NCBI GenBank assembly: GCA_035764725.1
Contig: DASTYT010000006.1
Span: forward strand, 4,833 to 68,832
From: Candidatus Methylomirabilota bacterium
GTDB taxonomy: Bacteria; Methylomirabilota; Methylomirabilia; Rokubacteriales; CSP1-6
Direction: 5' to 3'
Length of the DNA stretch: 64,000 bases
The first letter of the stretch is position 1. Every line of letters starts with the position of its first letter. Shown in pieces: positions 20,524-30,119 of this stretch. The translations under genes and the position numbers were made by a program. The notes below the pieces were generated by a model. That model saw nothing but the letters and a program-made list of their open reading frames with translations, was not told the origin of the DNA and did no database searches.

Positions 20524-21291
20524 CTAGGACGCGAGCGTGCCGCCGTCCACCGCGAGGACGTGGCCGGTGACCATCGCAGACGCGTCGGAGGCGAGGTAGA
20601 GCGCGGCGCCGACGAGCTCGTCGGGGCGCCCCATGCGCCCGACGGGCACCCGGCGCATCGCGCGCTCCTCGTAGCCCGGCTCGCGGTGGATGAGGTCGCC
20701 GATGCTGGTGCTGAACCACGAGGGGGCGATGGCGTTCACCCGCACGTCGTAGGGCGCCCACTCCACCGCGAGGGCGCGCGTCAGCATGACCACGCCGCCC
20801 TTGCTCGCCGAGTACGCGATGGTGCCCGGGAGGCCGATCTCGCCGGCGATGGAGGCGATGTTGACGATGCGGCCACGCCGCCGCGCGACCATCCCGCGCC
20901 CGATCACCTGGCAGGCGAGGAACACGCCGGTGAGGTTCACCGCGAGCACGCGATGCCACTGCGCGACGGGGAAATCCGCCGCGGGGCTCCGGTGGGTGAT
21001 CCCCGCGCTGTTGACGAGGACGTCGACGGGCCCCAGGCGCGTCTCGGCATCGCGGCCCATCTGCTCCACGCTGTCCGAGTCGGTCACGTCGACGGCGAGG
21101 GCGAGGGCGCGGAGGCCGTCGGCGGTGAGGGCGTCGGCGACCGCCTTGGCCTGCCCGGCGTCGGCGTCGGCCACCGCGACGGCCGCGCCCGCCTCGGCGA
21201 GGCCGCGGGCCATCGCCGCGCCCAGGCCGCCCGCGCCGCCCACCACCACCGCCACCCGGCCGTCCAGGCGGAAGAGGTCGAGGCTCGTCAT
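20524..21291 (-). CDS. Short-chain dehydrogenase/reductase (SDR) family oxidoreductase
   Basis: VAVVVGGAGGLG, NSAG and YSASKGG motifs (Rossmann fold plus YxxxK). Confidence 0.85.
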   Translation of the reverse strand: MTSLDLFRLDGRVAVVVGGAGGLGAAMARGLAEAGAAVAVADADAGQAKAVADALTADGLRALALAVDVTDSDSVEQMGRDAETRLGPVDVLVNSAGITHRSPAADFPVAQWHRVLAVNLTGVFLACQVIGRGMVARRRGRIVNIASIAGEIGLPGTIAYSASKGGVVMLTRALAVEWAPYDVRVNAIAPSWFSTSIGDLIHREPGYEERAMRRVPVGRMGRPDELVGAALYLASDASAMVTGHVLAVDGGTLAS

Positions 21292-21310
21292 GCGTCGGAC
21301 GTTCGCGCGA

Positions 21311-22234
21311 TCAGCCGCGGAGGCCGGGCATGCTGAAGCCGCGGCGATCCAGCTCGGCGACCAGCGCGGCGGTGGGGTCCGCGGCGAGGTTCATCAGCGG
21401 CGGCCGCACGGTGGCCCACGCGGGATCGCTCCCGTAGTGCGCGATGGCCGCCTTCAGCGCGGGGATCATCGGGAACTTCTGGAAGGTGCCGCGGATCTCG
21501 TCGAGGCGCGCCTGCTGGGCGTCGGCGTCGGGGCCCTCCCAGGTCGCGTGCAGGCGCGCGATGGGGCCGGGATTCACGTTGGCGGTGGCGCTGATGCAGC
21601 CCTTGCCGCCCCCGCGCATGTTGGCGAGCAGGAACGTCTCGCTGCCCGCGAAGACGTCGAAACCGGACGTGGCGAACGCGTCCAGCATCGCCTTGGTGTT
21701 GGCCCAGTCGCCCGAGGAATCCTTCACGCCGGCCACCGTCCGCGGATACGCCTTGAGCAAGCGCTCGATCAGGTTGAGCGTGATGGGTACCTGCGACACC
21801 GGCGGGATGTGATAGACGTAGATGCGCAGCCGCGCGTCTCCCACGCGCTCGATCACCTCGGCGAAGCTGCGGAAGAGCCCCTCGTCGCTCACGCCCTTGT
21901 AGTAGAACGGCGGCAGCATCAGCACGCCGCCGCAGCCCGCCTTCGCCGCGTGGGCGGTCATCCGCACCGAGTCCGACAGCGCGCAGTGTCCGGTGCCCGG
22001 CATCATGCGCGCGGGATCGAGGCCGGCGGCGAGCAGGCGGTCGAGCAGCTCGATCTTCTCCTCCACCGAGAGCGAGTTGGCCTCGGAGTTCGTGCCGAAC
22101 ACCGCGAGGCCAACGTTCTGCGACAGGAGCCAGCGGCACTGGCGCACGAAGCGCTCGGCATCGGGGGCGAGGTCCGCGGTGAAGGGAGTCACGACGGGGG
22201 AGAGGACGCCGGTGATGCGGTCGGTCTGGCTCAC
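21311..22234 (-). CDS. Dihydrodipicolinate synthase/N-acetylneuraminate lyase family (DapA-like class I aldolase)
   Basis: GVLSPVVTPF...GTNSE...YHIP are DapA-family hallmarks. 307 aa. Confidence 0.8.
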   Translation of the reverse strand: MSQTDRITGVLSPVVTPFTADLAPDAERFVRQCRWLLSQNVGLAVFGTNSEANSLSVEEKIELLDRLLAAGLDPARMMPGTGHCALSDSVRMTAHAAKAGCGGVLMLPPFYYKGVSDEGLFRSFAEVIERVGDARLRIYVYHIPPVSQVPITLNLIERLLKAYPRTVAGVKDSSGDWANTKAMLDAFATSGFDVFAGSETFLLANMRGGGKGCISATANVNPGPIARLHATWEGPDADAQQARLDEIRGTFQKFPMIPALKAAIAHYGSDPAWATVRPPLMNLAADPTAALVAELDRRGFSMPGLRG

Positions 22235-22352
22235 GCTCGGGCTCCTGTCTGTCTACGCCCGCTCCCCGGAAGGGCGGGCCGGATGAGGGGAACGTGACGA
22301 GGGTAGTCCCGCGCGCGCGCCGCGGTCAAGTCCCGCGGCGCCCGCGCCGGCC

Positions 22353-23687
22353 CTAGACCGCGATCTCGAGCCCGTCGTACGCGGCGGAGACCTCGAGCCC
22401 GCGGCCCCGCCGGGTGATCTCCTCCAGCCGGCGGGTCTCGCGCACGATGCGGGCGATGGTGGTGTCATCGTTGATGGGCTCGTGGTGGAAGAGGCAGAGG
22501 TGCTTCACCCGGGCGAGCTGGCAGAGCTCCACGCCCACGATGTTGCTCGAATGGCCCCAGTCCTCCTTCACCGAGATCGCGTCGGCGAGGGAGTACATGG
22601 CGTCGAAGATCACGAGGTCGGCGTCGCGGAAGAACTCCACGAAGGCGTCCGTCTCCGCGGGGTCGTCGCGCTTGTGCTCGGAGTCGGTGGAGTACACCAC
22701 GGCCTTGCCGCCCATCTCGAAGCGATAGCCGTAGGAATCGCCGCCGTGGAGCTGCCGCTTCCCCCGCACGCGCAGCCCCGCGATCTCGTAGTCGCGGCCC
22801 GGCTCGAGCGTGACGAACTCAATGGTGGCGCCGAGCCGCCCGAAGTCCACCGGGAAAGACGGCGCCGCGTGCTGGCGCCGGAAGGCCTCCTCGAGGGCGG
22901 CGTGACAGCCGTGGATGCGGATGCGGTTGCCGGGGAGATAGGCGGGCATGAAGAACGGGACCCCCATGATGTGGTCCCAGTGCAGGTGCGACATGAACAC
23001 GTTCACGGTGTGGCCGGTGCCGCCGCGCGTGGCGAGCAGGTGATTGCCGAACACCCGCGCCCCCGAGCCCAGATCGCAGAGCACGAGCTCGGGCCCACCG
23101 GTCAGGAGCTCGACGCAGGCGGAGTCGCCCCCGAACGTTTGTGCCAGGGAGAAATCCAGCTCGCGCTCCACGAAGGCGCGCGCGGCGTCGAGCGTGTCGA
23201 TACCGCGCCCCGCCGCCGCCACCAGCGCGGCGACGATCTTGTCCCGCACCGTCGCCCCGGACATCGCCACCGGGATGGAGCCGCGGGTGCCCCAGAAGTG
23301 CACGCGCAAGCCCGCGTCGCCCGCGAATGCGGCGGCGGCGGCGGGCGAGACCCGCGCCAGCGCCTCGCGCAGGGTGGGGACGATCTCCACCACCTGCTCG
23401 AAGCGGGTGATCTCGAAGATCTCGCGGACGCGGGCGGCGAGCTCGGTCACGAGCAGCGTGCCGCCCTGGGCGCGCGCCTGCTTGGCGGCGAGGACGAGCA
23501 CACGGAGGCCGTCGCTCGAGATGTAGTCGACCCCGGAGAAGTCGAGCACCACGCCGTCCTGCCCGGCGGCGCAGCGCTCGAGATGCGGGGCCAGGGCGGC
23601 GCGGAACGCGGGCGCCGCCGCGTGGTCGACGCGCCCGGTCGGGCGCACCACCACCGCGTTGGCGAAGCGTCGCGGGGTGAGGTCCAT
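22353..23687 (-). CDS. Fusion protein: N-terminal STAS (anti-sigma-factor antagonist-like) domain plus C-terminal metallo-beta-lactamase-fold hydrolase domain
   Basis: Residues 1-110 carry the SpoIIAA-like pattern (VVVRPTGRVDHAAAPAFRAAL...VVLDFSGVDYISSDGLRVLVLAAK). The C-terminus has the MBL motif SHLHWDH plus downstream H/D ligands. The start is placed at MDLTP. Confidence 0.6.
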   Translation of the reverse strand: MDLTPRRFANAVVVRPTGRVDHAAAPAFRAALAPHLERCAAGQDGVVLDFSGVDYISSDGLRVLVLAAKQARAQGGTLLVTELAARVREIFEITRFEQVVEIVPTLREALARVSPAAAAAFAGDAGLRVHFWGTRGSIPVAMSGATVRDKIVAALVAAAGRGIDTLDAARAFVERELDFSLAQTFGGDSACVELLTGGPELVLCDLGSGARVFGNHLLATRGGTGHTVNVFMSHLHWDHIMGVPFFMPAYLPGNRIRIHGCHAALEEAFRRQHAAPSFPVDFGRLGATIEFVTLEPGRDYEIAGLRVRGKRQLHGGDSYGYRFEMGGKAVVYSTDSEHKRDDPAETDAFVEFFRDADLVIFDAMYSLADAISVKEDWGHSSNIVGVELCQLARVKHLCLFHHEPINDDTTIARIVRETRRLEEITRRGRGLEVSAAYDGLEIAV

Positions 23688-23701
23688 GCCGGGGCGCTCC
23701 G

Positions 23702-24772
23702 CTACTCGATGGGCGCCATCTGGCGCGGGTCCAGCTCGAGCCACACGCGCGCGTCCGCCTCGAAGACCTCGTGGGGCCGGGCGCTGACGCGGAGCACGAG
23801 CGCGCTGCCCTCGGGGCGCACCGCGTAGTCCCAGTGCTCACCGAGATAGGCGCGCTGGATCACGCGGCCGGCGATGACGGCGGCGCCGTCGGACTGGGCG
23901 GGGACGCGCCCGTGCAGCTGGATGCTCTGCGGGCGCAGGCTGAAGGAGACGACGCCGCGGGCGGGCGGCAGCTGGCGGAAGCGCGCGGCGGGAATGGCGA
24001 AGCCGTCGAAGCAGACGTCGGCGCCCCGCGCCTCGCCCTCCAGGAAATTGGTGCGCCCGATGAAGCCCGCGACGAAGCGCGTCCGCGGGCTCGCGTAGAG
24101 GGCGCGCGGCGCGTCCACCTGCTCCACCCGGCCCTGGTTCATCACCGCGATGCGATCCGAGGTCACCATGGCCTCGGCCTGGTCGTGGGTGACGTAGACG
24201 GTGGTGATGTGGAATTCGTCGTGGAGCCGCCGGATTTCGTAGCGCATCTCCTCGCGGAGGTTGGCGTCGAGGTTGGACAGGGGCTCGTCGAGGAGGAGCA
24301 CCGCCGGCTGCACCACGATGGCGCGGGCCAGGGCCACACGCTGTTGCTGGCCGCCGGACAGCTCCTGCGGGTAGCGGCCGGCGAGGTGCTTCATGCGCAC
24401 GACGTCCAGGATTCGATCCACGCGCTCGCGGATCTCCGTCCGGGGACGCTTGCGCACGGTGAGGCCGAAGGCCACGTTCTCCCCCACCGTCATGTTCGGC
24501 CAGATCGCGTAGCTCTGGAAGATCATCGACATGCCGCGCCGCTCGGGGGGCAGCGAGGAGGCGGGCGAGGAGATCACCCGGCCGTCCATCTCGATCGTGC
24601 CCTCGCTGGGCGAGAGAAAGCCGGCGATCATCCGAAGGGTGGTGGTCTTGCCGCAGCCCGACGGCCCGAGGAGCGAGACGAACTCGCCCTCGGCGAGGTC
24701 CAGGGCGAAGGCGTCCACGGCGGTGAATGCGCCGAAGCGCCGGGTGACGCCGCGCAGGGTGAGCTTGCTCAC
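23702..24772 (-). CDS. ABC transporter ATP-binding protein (PotA/FbpC-type importer ATPase)
   Basis: Walker A GPSGCGKTT, signature LSGGQQQRVALARA, Walker B LLLDEP and a C-terminal TOBE-like domain. Confidence 0.9.
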   Translation of the reverse strand: MSKLTLRGVTRRFGAFTAVDAFALDLAEGEFVSLLGPSGCGKTTTLRMIAGFLSPSEGTIEMDGRVISSPASSLPPERRGMSMIFQSYAIWPNMTVGENVAFGLTVRKRPRTEIRERVDRILDVVRMKHLAGRYPQELSGGQQQRVALARAIVVQPAVLLLDEPLSNLDANLREEMRYEIRRLHDEFHITTVYVTHDQAEAMVTSDRIAVMNQGRVEQVDAPRALYASPRTRFVAGFIGRTNFLEGEARGADVCFDGFAIPAARFRQLPPARGVVSFSLRPQSIQLHGRVPAQSDGAAVIAGRVIQRAYLGEHWDYAVRPEGSALVLRVSARPHEVFEADARVWLELDPRQMAPIE

Positions 24773-26505
24773 GTGGCCGTCCGGCGCAGGAGGAAGTCAC
24801 GGCCGACCAGCCGGAAGCCCACCAGGATCAACGCCACCGTCACCACCACGAGGATGAGCCCCATCGCCGAGAGCAGCTCGAAGTTGCCCTCGTCGCTCTT
24901 GTCGAAGAGGAGCACGGAGAGGACCTGGGTGCCGGTGGTGTAGAGGAAGATCGCCGACGATAGCTCGCGCGTGGCCGGGATGAACACGAGGATGAAGGCT
25001 CCCGCGAGCCCGCGCTTGAGGAGCGGGCCCACGACCTTCCGGAGCGCGAGGAAGCGCCCGCCGCCGAGGATGCGCGCGGCGTCTTCCAGCTCCGGATTGA
25101 TGGCGCGGATGGCGGCCTCGCTGTTCGTGTAGGCGATGGGCAAGAAGCGGGTGGCAAACGCGAGGATGAGGATCCACCCCGTCCCATACAGCACGAGGGG
25201 GGGCGCGGTGTAGGCGGCATAGAAGCCGATGGCGAGCACGATGCCGGGGATGACGAACGGAGCCATCGCCACGTAGGTGAGGAGGCGGCCCAGGGGAACG
25301 AGACGGCGCGCCACGATGTAGGCGATGGCCAGGGCCAATCCCAACGCGAGGAGGGACGCTGCCCCTGCGTAGACGAACGTGTTGAGCGTCGCCCGGCGCG
25401 TCGCGGGCTGGTCGAACAGCACGAAGCGGACGTTCCGGAACGTCACGTTGTCGAGCGAGAAGCCGCGGCCCCACGCCTTCGCGAACGCGGCCTGCAGGAT
25501 CACCAGGAGCGGAAGGAAGAAGGACAGCGAGGTGACGAAGAGGCAGTAACCGAGCGCGACCCAGCGCCAGGGGCCGAGGTGGACGGGGCGGCGCTCGCCC
25601 CCCTTGCCGGTGAGCGCCACGTAGCCCTTGCGCGCGATGATGCGGTACTGGAGCCAGAACAGGAACACCGTGACGAGGAGCAGCGGCATCGAGTACGCGG
25701 CGGCCACCTGGAGGCGCGGCGGGAACTCGAACATCTGCCAGAGCGTGGTGGTGATGACCTGGAAGCGCGCGGGCAGCGCGATGAGGGCGGGGGTGCCGAA
25801 GAGGGCGATCGCCTCCAGGAACACCACGATGGACGCGCCCAGGATGGCGGGCAGGACGAGGGGGAGGGTGATCCGGAGTGTGGTGCGCACGGTGCCCGCG
25901 CCGAGTGTGCTCGCCGCGTCCTCCATCTCGGAGGACACGAGGTCGAGCGCGCCCCGGGTGAACACGAACATGTAGGGGAAGGAGTAGCAGGCGATCACGA
26001 GGACCAGCCCCGGCATGCTGTACACGTTGAAGGGGCCGGCGCTGGCGCCGGTGAGCGCGGTGAACGCGCGGTTGAGCCAGCCCGCATTTGGTCCGGCGAG
26101 GAGGATCCATGCCACCGCGCCGAGATAGTTGGGCATGATGAAGGTGCCGAGCACCGCCGCCCACACCAGCCCCTTGGCGGGCATGTCCGTCCGCGACACC
26201 GCCCACGCCATCGGCACGCCGAACACCACGCAGAGCAGCGCGGCGGCGAGCCCCACCAGGAGCGAGTTGAGCAGGGCCTCGACGTAGCGCCACCGCCCGT
26301 AGGCGGTGGCGTAGTTCTCCAGGGTGAAGGCGCCGGTGTCGGGGTGCTGGAAGCTCGTCCAGAGTAGCCGCGCGAGCGGGTTGATGACCAGCACCAGCAG
26401 CACGAGGACCAGGAGCGCCCAGATCAGCACGCTCCGATCGAGGTGCCGCCAGCGCCGCGGGGGCGTGGTGGCCCCGGCGGCCAGTCGCGCGGCCTCGATC
26501 GCCAT
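24769..26505 (-). CDS. ABC transporter permease with two fused transmembrane domains (Fe3+/FbpB-type)
   Basis: 578 aa with two repeats of the binding-protein-dependent EAA-loop pattern. Its stop overlaps the ATPase start. Confidence 0.85.
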   Translation of the reverse strand: MAIEAARLAAGATTPPRRWRHLDRSVLIWALLVLVLLVLVINPLARLLWTSFQHPDTGAFTLENYATAYGRWRYVEALLNSLLVGLAAALLCVVFGVPMAWAVSRTDMPAKGLVWAAVLGTFIMPNYLGAVAWILLAGPNAGWLNRAFTALTGASAGPFNVYSMPGLVLVIACYSFPYMFVFTRGALDLVSSEMEDAASTLGAGTVRTTLRITLPLVLPAILGASIVVFLEAIALFGTPALIALPARFQVITTTLWQMFEFPPRLQVAAAYSMPLLLVTVFLFWLQYRIIARKGYVALTGKGGERRPVHLGPWRWVALGYCLFVTSLSFFLPLLVILQAAFAKAWGRGFSLDNVTFRNVRFVLFDQPATRRATLNTFVYAGAASLLALGLALAIAYIVARRLVPLGRLLTYVAMAPFVIPGIVLAIGFYAAYTAPPLVLYGTGWILILAFATRFLPIAYTNSEAAIRAINPELEDAARILGGGRFLALRKVVGPLLKRGLAGAFILVFIPATRELSSAIFLYTTGTQVLSVLLFDKSDEGNFELLSAMGLILVVVTVALILVGFRLVGRDFLLRRTAT

Positions 26506-26532
26506 CAGGGGCGGCTCATGGCGGGTCGGCGA

Positions 26533-27564
26533 CTAGATCCCGAACGTCTCGCGGAACAGTTCCTTCACCTCGGGAATCCCCTTCTCGATCTCGGCCAGGC
26601 TGGGCCGGATCGTCTTCACCTCCGCGATGGACTTCCCGCCCGCCATCGGCTTGACGTGCTTGTTCACCGGATCCTGGTACTGCGAGACCACGACCTCGTT
26701 GCCCTCGCGGCTCAGGAGGTACTCCATGAAGAGCTTGGCCGCATTGGGCGCGGGCGCATTCTTGACGATGCCGGAGGCCGACACCATGAGCACCGCGCCG
26801 TCCTCCGGGTACACGACGGCGAGGGGATTGCCCTTGGCCTTGCTCTCCAGCGTGGTCGCGGAGGGCCCCGCGGCCACGAGGCTCTCCTTGGCGTTCAGCA
26901 TCGTCACGGTGTCGTTGATCGAGCGGCCGATGCGCGGCTTGTTCTGCTCGAGCTTCTTGAAGTAGTCCCAGCCGTAGAGCTTCTTCATCTGGACCACCCA
27001 GGTCCCGACGTAGCCGCTGAAGCCGGGGTGCCCGATGGAGACCTTGTTCTTCCACTTTGGGTCGGCGAGGTCGGTCCACTTCTTCGGCGCTTCCGACGGA
27101 GCGACCACGCTCGTGTTGTAGGTGATGAGCACGAGCCCGGCCGCGGTGGCGACGAACTGGTCGTCGGGATCGTTGAAGGGCTTGAAGGCCTCCACCAGTT
27201 CGGAGAGATTCTTCGGCTTGTAGGGCAGGAGCCATCCGTCCTGCTTCATCTTGGTGTAGTGGCCCTGGTCGGTGGAGCTGATGACCGAGGCCTGCGCGAT
27301 GCCCGCCTTGTGGTCCTGGGCGAGGCGCTGATACGCGACCTGCGCGGTGGTGCGCACGTAGTTGCACTTCACCCCGGGGTACTTCTTCTCGAAGCCCTGG
27401 CAGAGGGCCGCCGCCGTCTCGGAGTTGTAGTGGGCGGTGTACCAGGTGAGCTCCTTTTCCTTCTTGGCCGCCTCGTGGAGCGCCTTCTCGCCGTCGAACG
27501 CGCCCACGGGCGCGGTCCCGAGGACGACGACGGCGGCGGCGAGGGCGAGGATCCGGGTGATCAT
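26533..27564 (-). CDS. ABC transporter periplasmic substrate-binding protein (family 1; Fe3+/polyamine type)
   Basis: Signal peptide MITRILALAAAVVVLGTAPVGA. It is the first gene of the SBP-permease-ATPase operon. Confidence 0.8.
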   Translation of the reverse strand: MITRILALAAAVVVLGTAPVGAFDGEKALHEAAKKEKELTWYTAHYNSETAAALCQGFEKKYPGVKCNYVRTTAQVAYQRLAQDHKAGIAQASVISSTDQGHYTKMKQDGWLLPYKPKNLSELVEAFKPFNDPDDQFVATAAGLVLITYNTSVVAPSEAPKKWTDLADPKWKNKVSIGHPGFSGYVGTWVVQMKKLYGWDYFKKLEQNKPRIGRSINDTVTMLNAKESLVAAGPSATTLESKAKGNPLAVVYPEDGAVLMVSASGIVKNAPAPNAAKLFMEYLLSREGNEVVVSQYQDPVNKHVKPMAGGKSIAEVKTIRPSLAEIEKGIPEVKELFRETFGI

Positions 27565-27604
27565 GGGCTCACTCCTGTCGGGATCGCATGTCGGGTGAAC
27601 GGCG

Positions 27605-28444
27605 TTAACGGCCGGTGAAGCGCGGGGCCCGCTTCTCGAGGAAGTGCGCGACCCCTTCCTTGAAGTCCTCGGCGCCGAAGCTCTTCCGCATCTCCTCGTC
27701 GGCCACCGCGGCGGCCTCGGCGAGGCCCTGGAACTGGGCCTGCCACAGCTGGCGCTTGATCACGCCCATCGAGCGAGGCGAGACGAAGTCCGCGAGCTCG
27801 CGCGCGTAGCCCAGCACGCCGGACATGAAGGAGGCGGCGGGCAGCACCTGGGACACCAGGCCCATCCGGAGCGCCTCGTAGGCGTCGATCTTCCGCGCGG
27901 AGAGCAGGAGGTCGAGCGCGTTTTGAAGTCCCACCAGCCGCGGAAGCATCCAGGACACCCCGTGCTCCGCGATGAGCCCGCGGCGCGCGAACGATGTGGT
28001 GAAGACCGCGGTGTCGCTGGCGAAGCGCACGTCGCAGTAGAGGGTGACGACGAGGCCGAGTCCGGCGGTGGCGCCGTTGAGCGCGGCCAGCACCGGCTTG
28101 GCCAGAGTGGGAAAGTAGGCGTAGGGTCCGCCGAACTCGGCGGCCGCGCCGGTCGCGGCATCGCCCGGCGCTCGCTCGCGCCGCAGCACCGCCTCGGCCT
28201 CCTCGCCCCCCGTGGCGTTGCCGGAGAGCCCGGAGAGGAGGCCCATGTCGGCGCCCGCGCAGAACCCGCGGCCGGCGCCGGTGAGCACGATCACGCGCAC
28301 GCCGTCGTCCTCGTTCGCCTCGTGCATCGCGGCCCGGACCTCACGCCCCATCACGGCCGTCCACGCGTTGAGCTTGTCGGGTCGGTTGAGGGTGACGGTG
28401 GCGACCCGGTCCTTCACCTCGTAGAGGACTTCCGCGTAGCCCAT
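27605..28444 (-). CDS. Enoyl-CoA hydratase/isomerase (crotonase) family protein
   Basis: VATVTLNRPDKLNAW...VIVLTGAGRGFCAGADM has the crotonase oxyanion-hole motifs. The ATG at 28444 sits just after GTGC. Confidence 0.8.
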   Translation of the reverse strand: MGYAEVLYEVKDRVATVTLNRPDKLNAWTAVMGREVRAAMHEANEDDGVRVIVLTGAGRGFCAGADMGLLSGLSGNATGGEEAEAVLRRERAPGDAATGAAAEFGGPYAYFPTLAKPVLAALNGATAGLGLVVTLYCDVRFASDTAVFTTSFARRGLIAEHGVSWMLPRLVGLQNALDLLLSARKIDAYEALRMGLVSQVLPAASFMSGVLGYARELADFVSPRSMGVIKRQLWQAQFQGLAEAAAVADEEMRKSFGAEDFKEGVAHFLEKRAPRFTGR

Positions 28445-28532
28445 GCACGGCCTCCCGCGCTCGCGCGCCGATGAAAGGGGGGCGGCGGCCTTGCCTCCCC
28501 CGCAGGGTCCGTATAGTATCGCGGCCATCCCC

Positions 28533-29426
28533 ATGACCGCCATCTCGGTCACCCGTCTCGCGCCCGCCCTCGCCGCCCGTGTCGAGGGTGTGGACATCAC
28601 GCGGCCGGTCGCCGACGCCGTGTTCGCCGAGATCCGCGCGGCATTCGAGGAGCACTCGGTGCTCGTGTTCCACGATCAGCCCTTCGACGACGAGACGCAG
28701 GTCGCGTTCAGCCGCCACTTCGGGCCGCTCGAGGTCACGCTCTCCGTCAACCCCGCTGCGGGGACGCCGTTCGCGCGCCAGTCCAACCTCGACATCAAGA
28801 CCGGGGAGGTGATCCCGCCGGATGATCGGCGGATGCTCTATCAGCGGGCAAATATGCTGTGGCACAGTGACTCGTCCTTCAAGCGCGTGCCCTCCCTCTG
28901 CTCCCTGCTTTCCGGGCGAATAGTCCCGCCGGAAGGCGGCGCCACCGAGTTCGCGAGCACCCGCGGCGGCTACGCCGCGCTGCCCGAGGCGACGCGGCGA
29001 CGCCTCGAGGACCTAGTGGTGGTGCACGACTTCTCGTGGTCGCGCGACCAGATTTCGCCCGGGTTTTTCACCGAAGCGGAGAAGGCGCCGTACCCGCCGG
29101 TGCGTCACCGGCTCGTGCGCACGAACCCCGTCAACGGGCGGCGCGCCCTCCTGATCGGGGCCCATGCCTCGTCCATCGAGGGCATGCCGCTCGCGGAGGG
29201 GCGCGCCCTCCTCCGGGAGCTGCTCGATCACGTCACCCGGCCGGAGCGCTGCTACCGGCACGCGTGGCGCGTGGGCGATCTGGTAATCTGGGACAACCGC
29301 GCGGTGCTCCACCGAGCGACCCCATACGACACCACGCGGTACCGCCGCCTCATGCAGCGCACCACGATCTCCGGCGACCCGCGGGAAGGAGGAACGCTGG
29401 CATGCGACTCGTCGACCTCAGCATGA
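28533..29426 (+). CDS. TauD/TfdA-family Fe(II)/2-oxoglutarate-dependent dioxygenase
   Basis: FHDQPFDDETQVAFSRHFG...WHSD.S...DNRAVLHRA follows the HxD...H facial-triad pattern of TauD. Confidence 0.75.
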   Translation: MTAISVTRLAPALAARVEGVDITRPVADAVFAEIRAAFEEHSVLVFHDQPFDDETQVAFSRHFGPLEVTLSVNPAAGTPFARQSNLDIKTGEVIPPDDRRMLYQRANMLWHSDSSFKRVPSLCSLLSGRIVPPEGGATEFASTRGGYAALPEATRRRLEDLVVVHDFSWSRDQISPGFFTEAEKAPYPPVRHRLVRTNPVNGRRALLIGAHASSIEGMPLAEGRALLRELLDHVTRPERCYRHAWRVGDLVIWDNRAVLHRATPYDTTRYRRLMQRTTISGDPREGGTLACDSSTSA

Positions 29427-30103
29427 CCGTGGAGGAGTGTGACTCGACGCCGTTCGCCAAGGAGGAGGCGTACTTCAAGCCCCGGCCCATCGTGCGCTGG
29501 GAGGACAAGGGCTTCGTCTCCAACATGGTCGAGATGACCGTGCACGCGGGCACCCACATCGACTCACCCCATCACTTCTTCCGCGACAAGCCGAGCGTGG
29601 AGCAGCTGCCGCTCGATCAGATGATCGGCGACGCGGTGGTGCTCGACCTCACGTTCAAGGGCACCGCCAACGCGCGCATCAGCCCGGAGGATCTCGACCG
29701 CGCGGAGGCAGCGCTCGCCGCGCAGGGGATCCGCATCGAGGCCGGCGCCATGCTCTTTCTCAGAACGGATTGGCCCAAGGGCCACGTCACCACCGATCCG
29801 CGCTGGTGGGACGAGTCGCCCTGCCTCACCCGCGCCGCTGCGGAGTGGCTGGTGGCGAAGCGCCCCGCCGTGCTCGGCTACGACTTCGCGCAGGAGGAGA
29901 AGGGCACGGACTACGGCACCGCGGGTGAGATTCTCGGGAGCGGGATGCGCGTGCACCGGATCATCCTGCCGCGCGTGGTCTTCCAGATCGAGAACCTGAT
30001 CAACCTCGACCAGATCCCGTCCAAGGTGAAGGTGATCGCGCTGCCCGCCAAGTGGAAGACCGAGTCGGCCCCCGCCCGGGTGGTGGCGCTGGTCGAGGAG
30101 TAG
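29402..30103 (+). CDS. Cyclase-family protein (kynurenine formamidase/arylformamidase-like)
   Basis: MRLVDLSMTVEE...VHAGTHIDSPHHF is the cyclase-family metal-binding HxGTHxDxPxH motif. Confidence 0.75.
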   Translation: MRLVDLSMTVEECDSTPFAKEEAYFKPRPIVRWEDKGFVSNMVEMTVHAGTHIDSPHHFFRDKPSVEQLPLDQMIGDAVVLDLTFKGTANARISPEDLDRAEAALAAQGIRIEAGAMLFLRTDWPKGHVTTDPRWWDESPCLTRAAAEWLVAKRPAVLGYDFAQEEKGTDYGTAGEILGSGMRVHRIILPRVVFQIENLINLDQIPSKVKVIALPAKWKTESAPARVVALVEE

Positions 30104-30119
30104 CGTCCGCTTCCCCGTC

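Noticed and set aside
17465-21336. ORFs 17465..18898(+) and 19282..21336(+, 684 aa)
   Set aside because: They are antisense to D-aminoacylase, CoA-transferase and SDR genes that have strong homology signatures.
22235-22352. GC-rich imperfect hairpin (GCCCGC...GGGCGGGC) between the STAS-MBL and DapA-like genes
   Set aside because: The stem is short and imperfect and its position does not clearly fit a terminator or attenuator. It is not distinguishable from background GC-rich self-complementarity.
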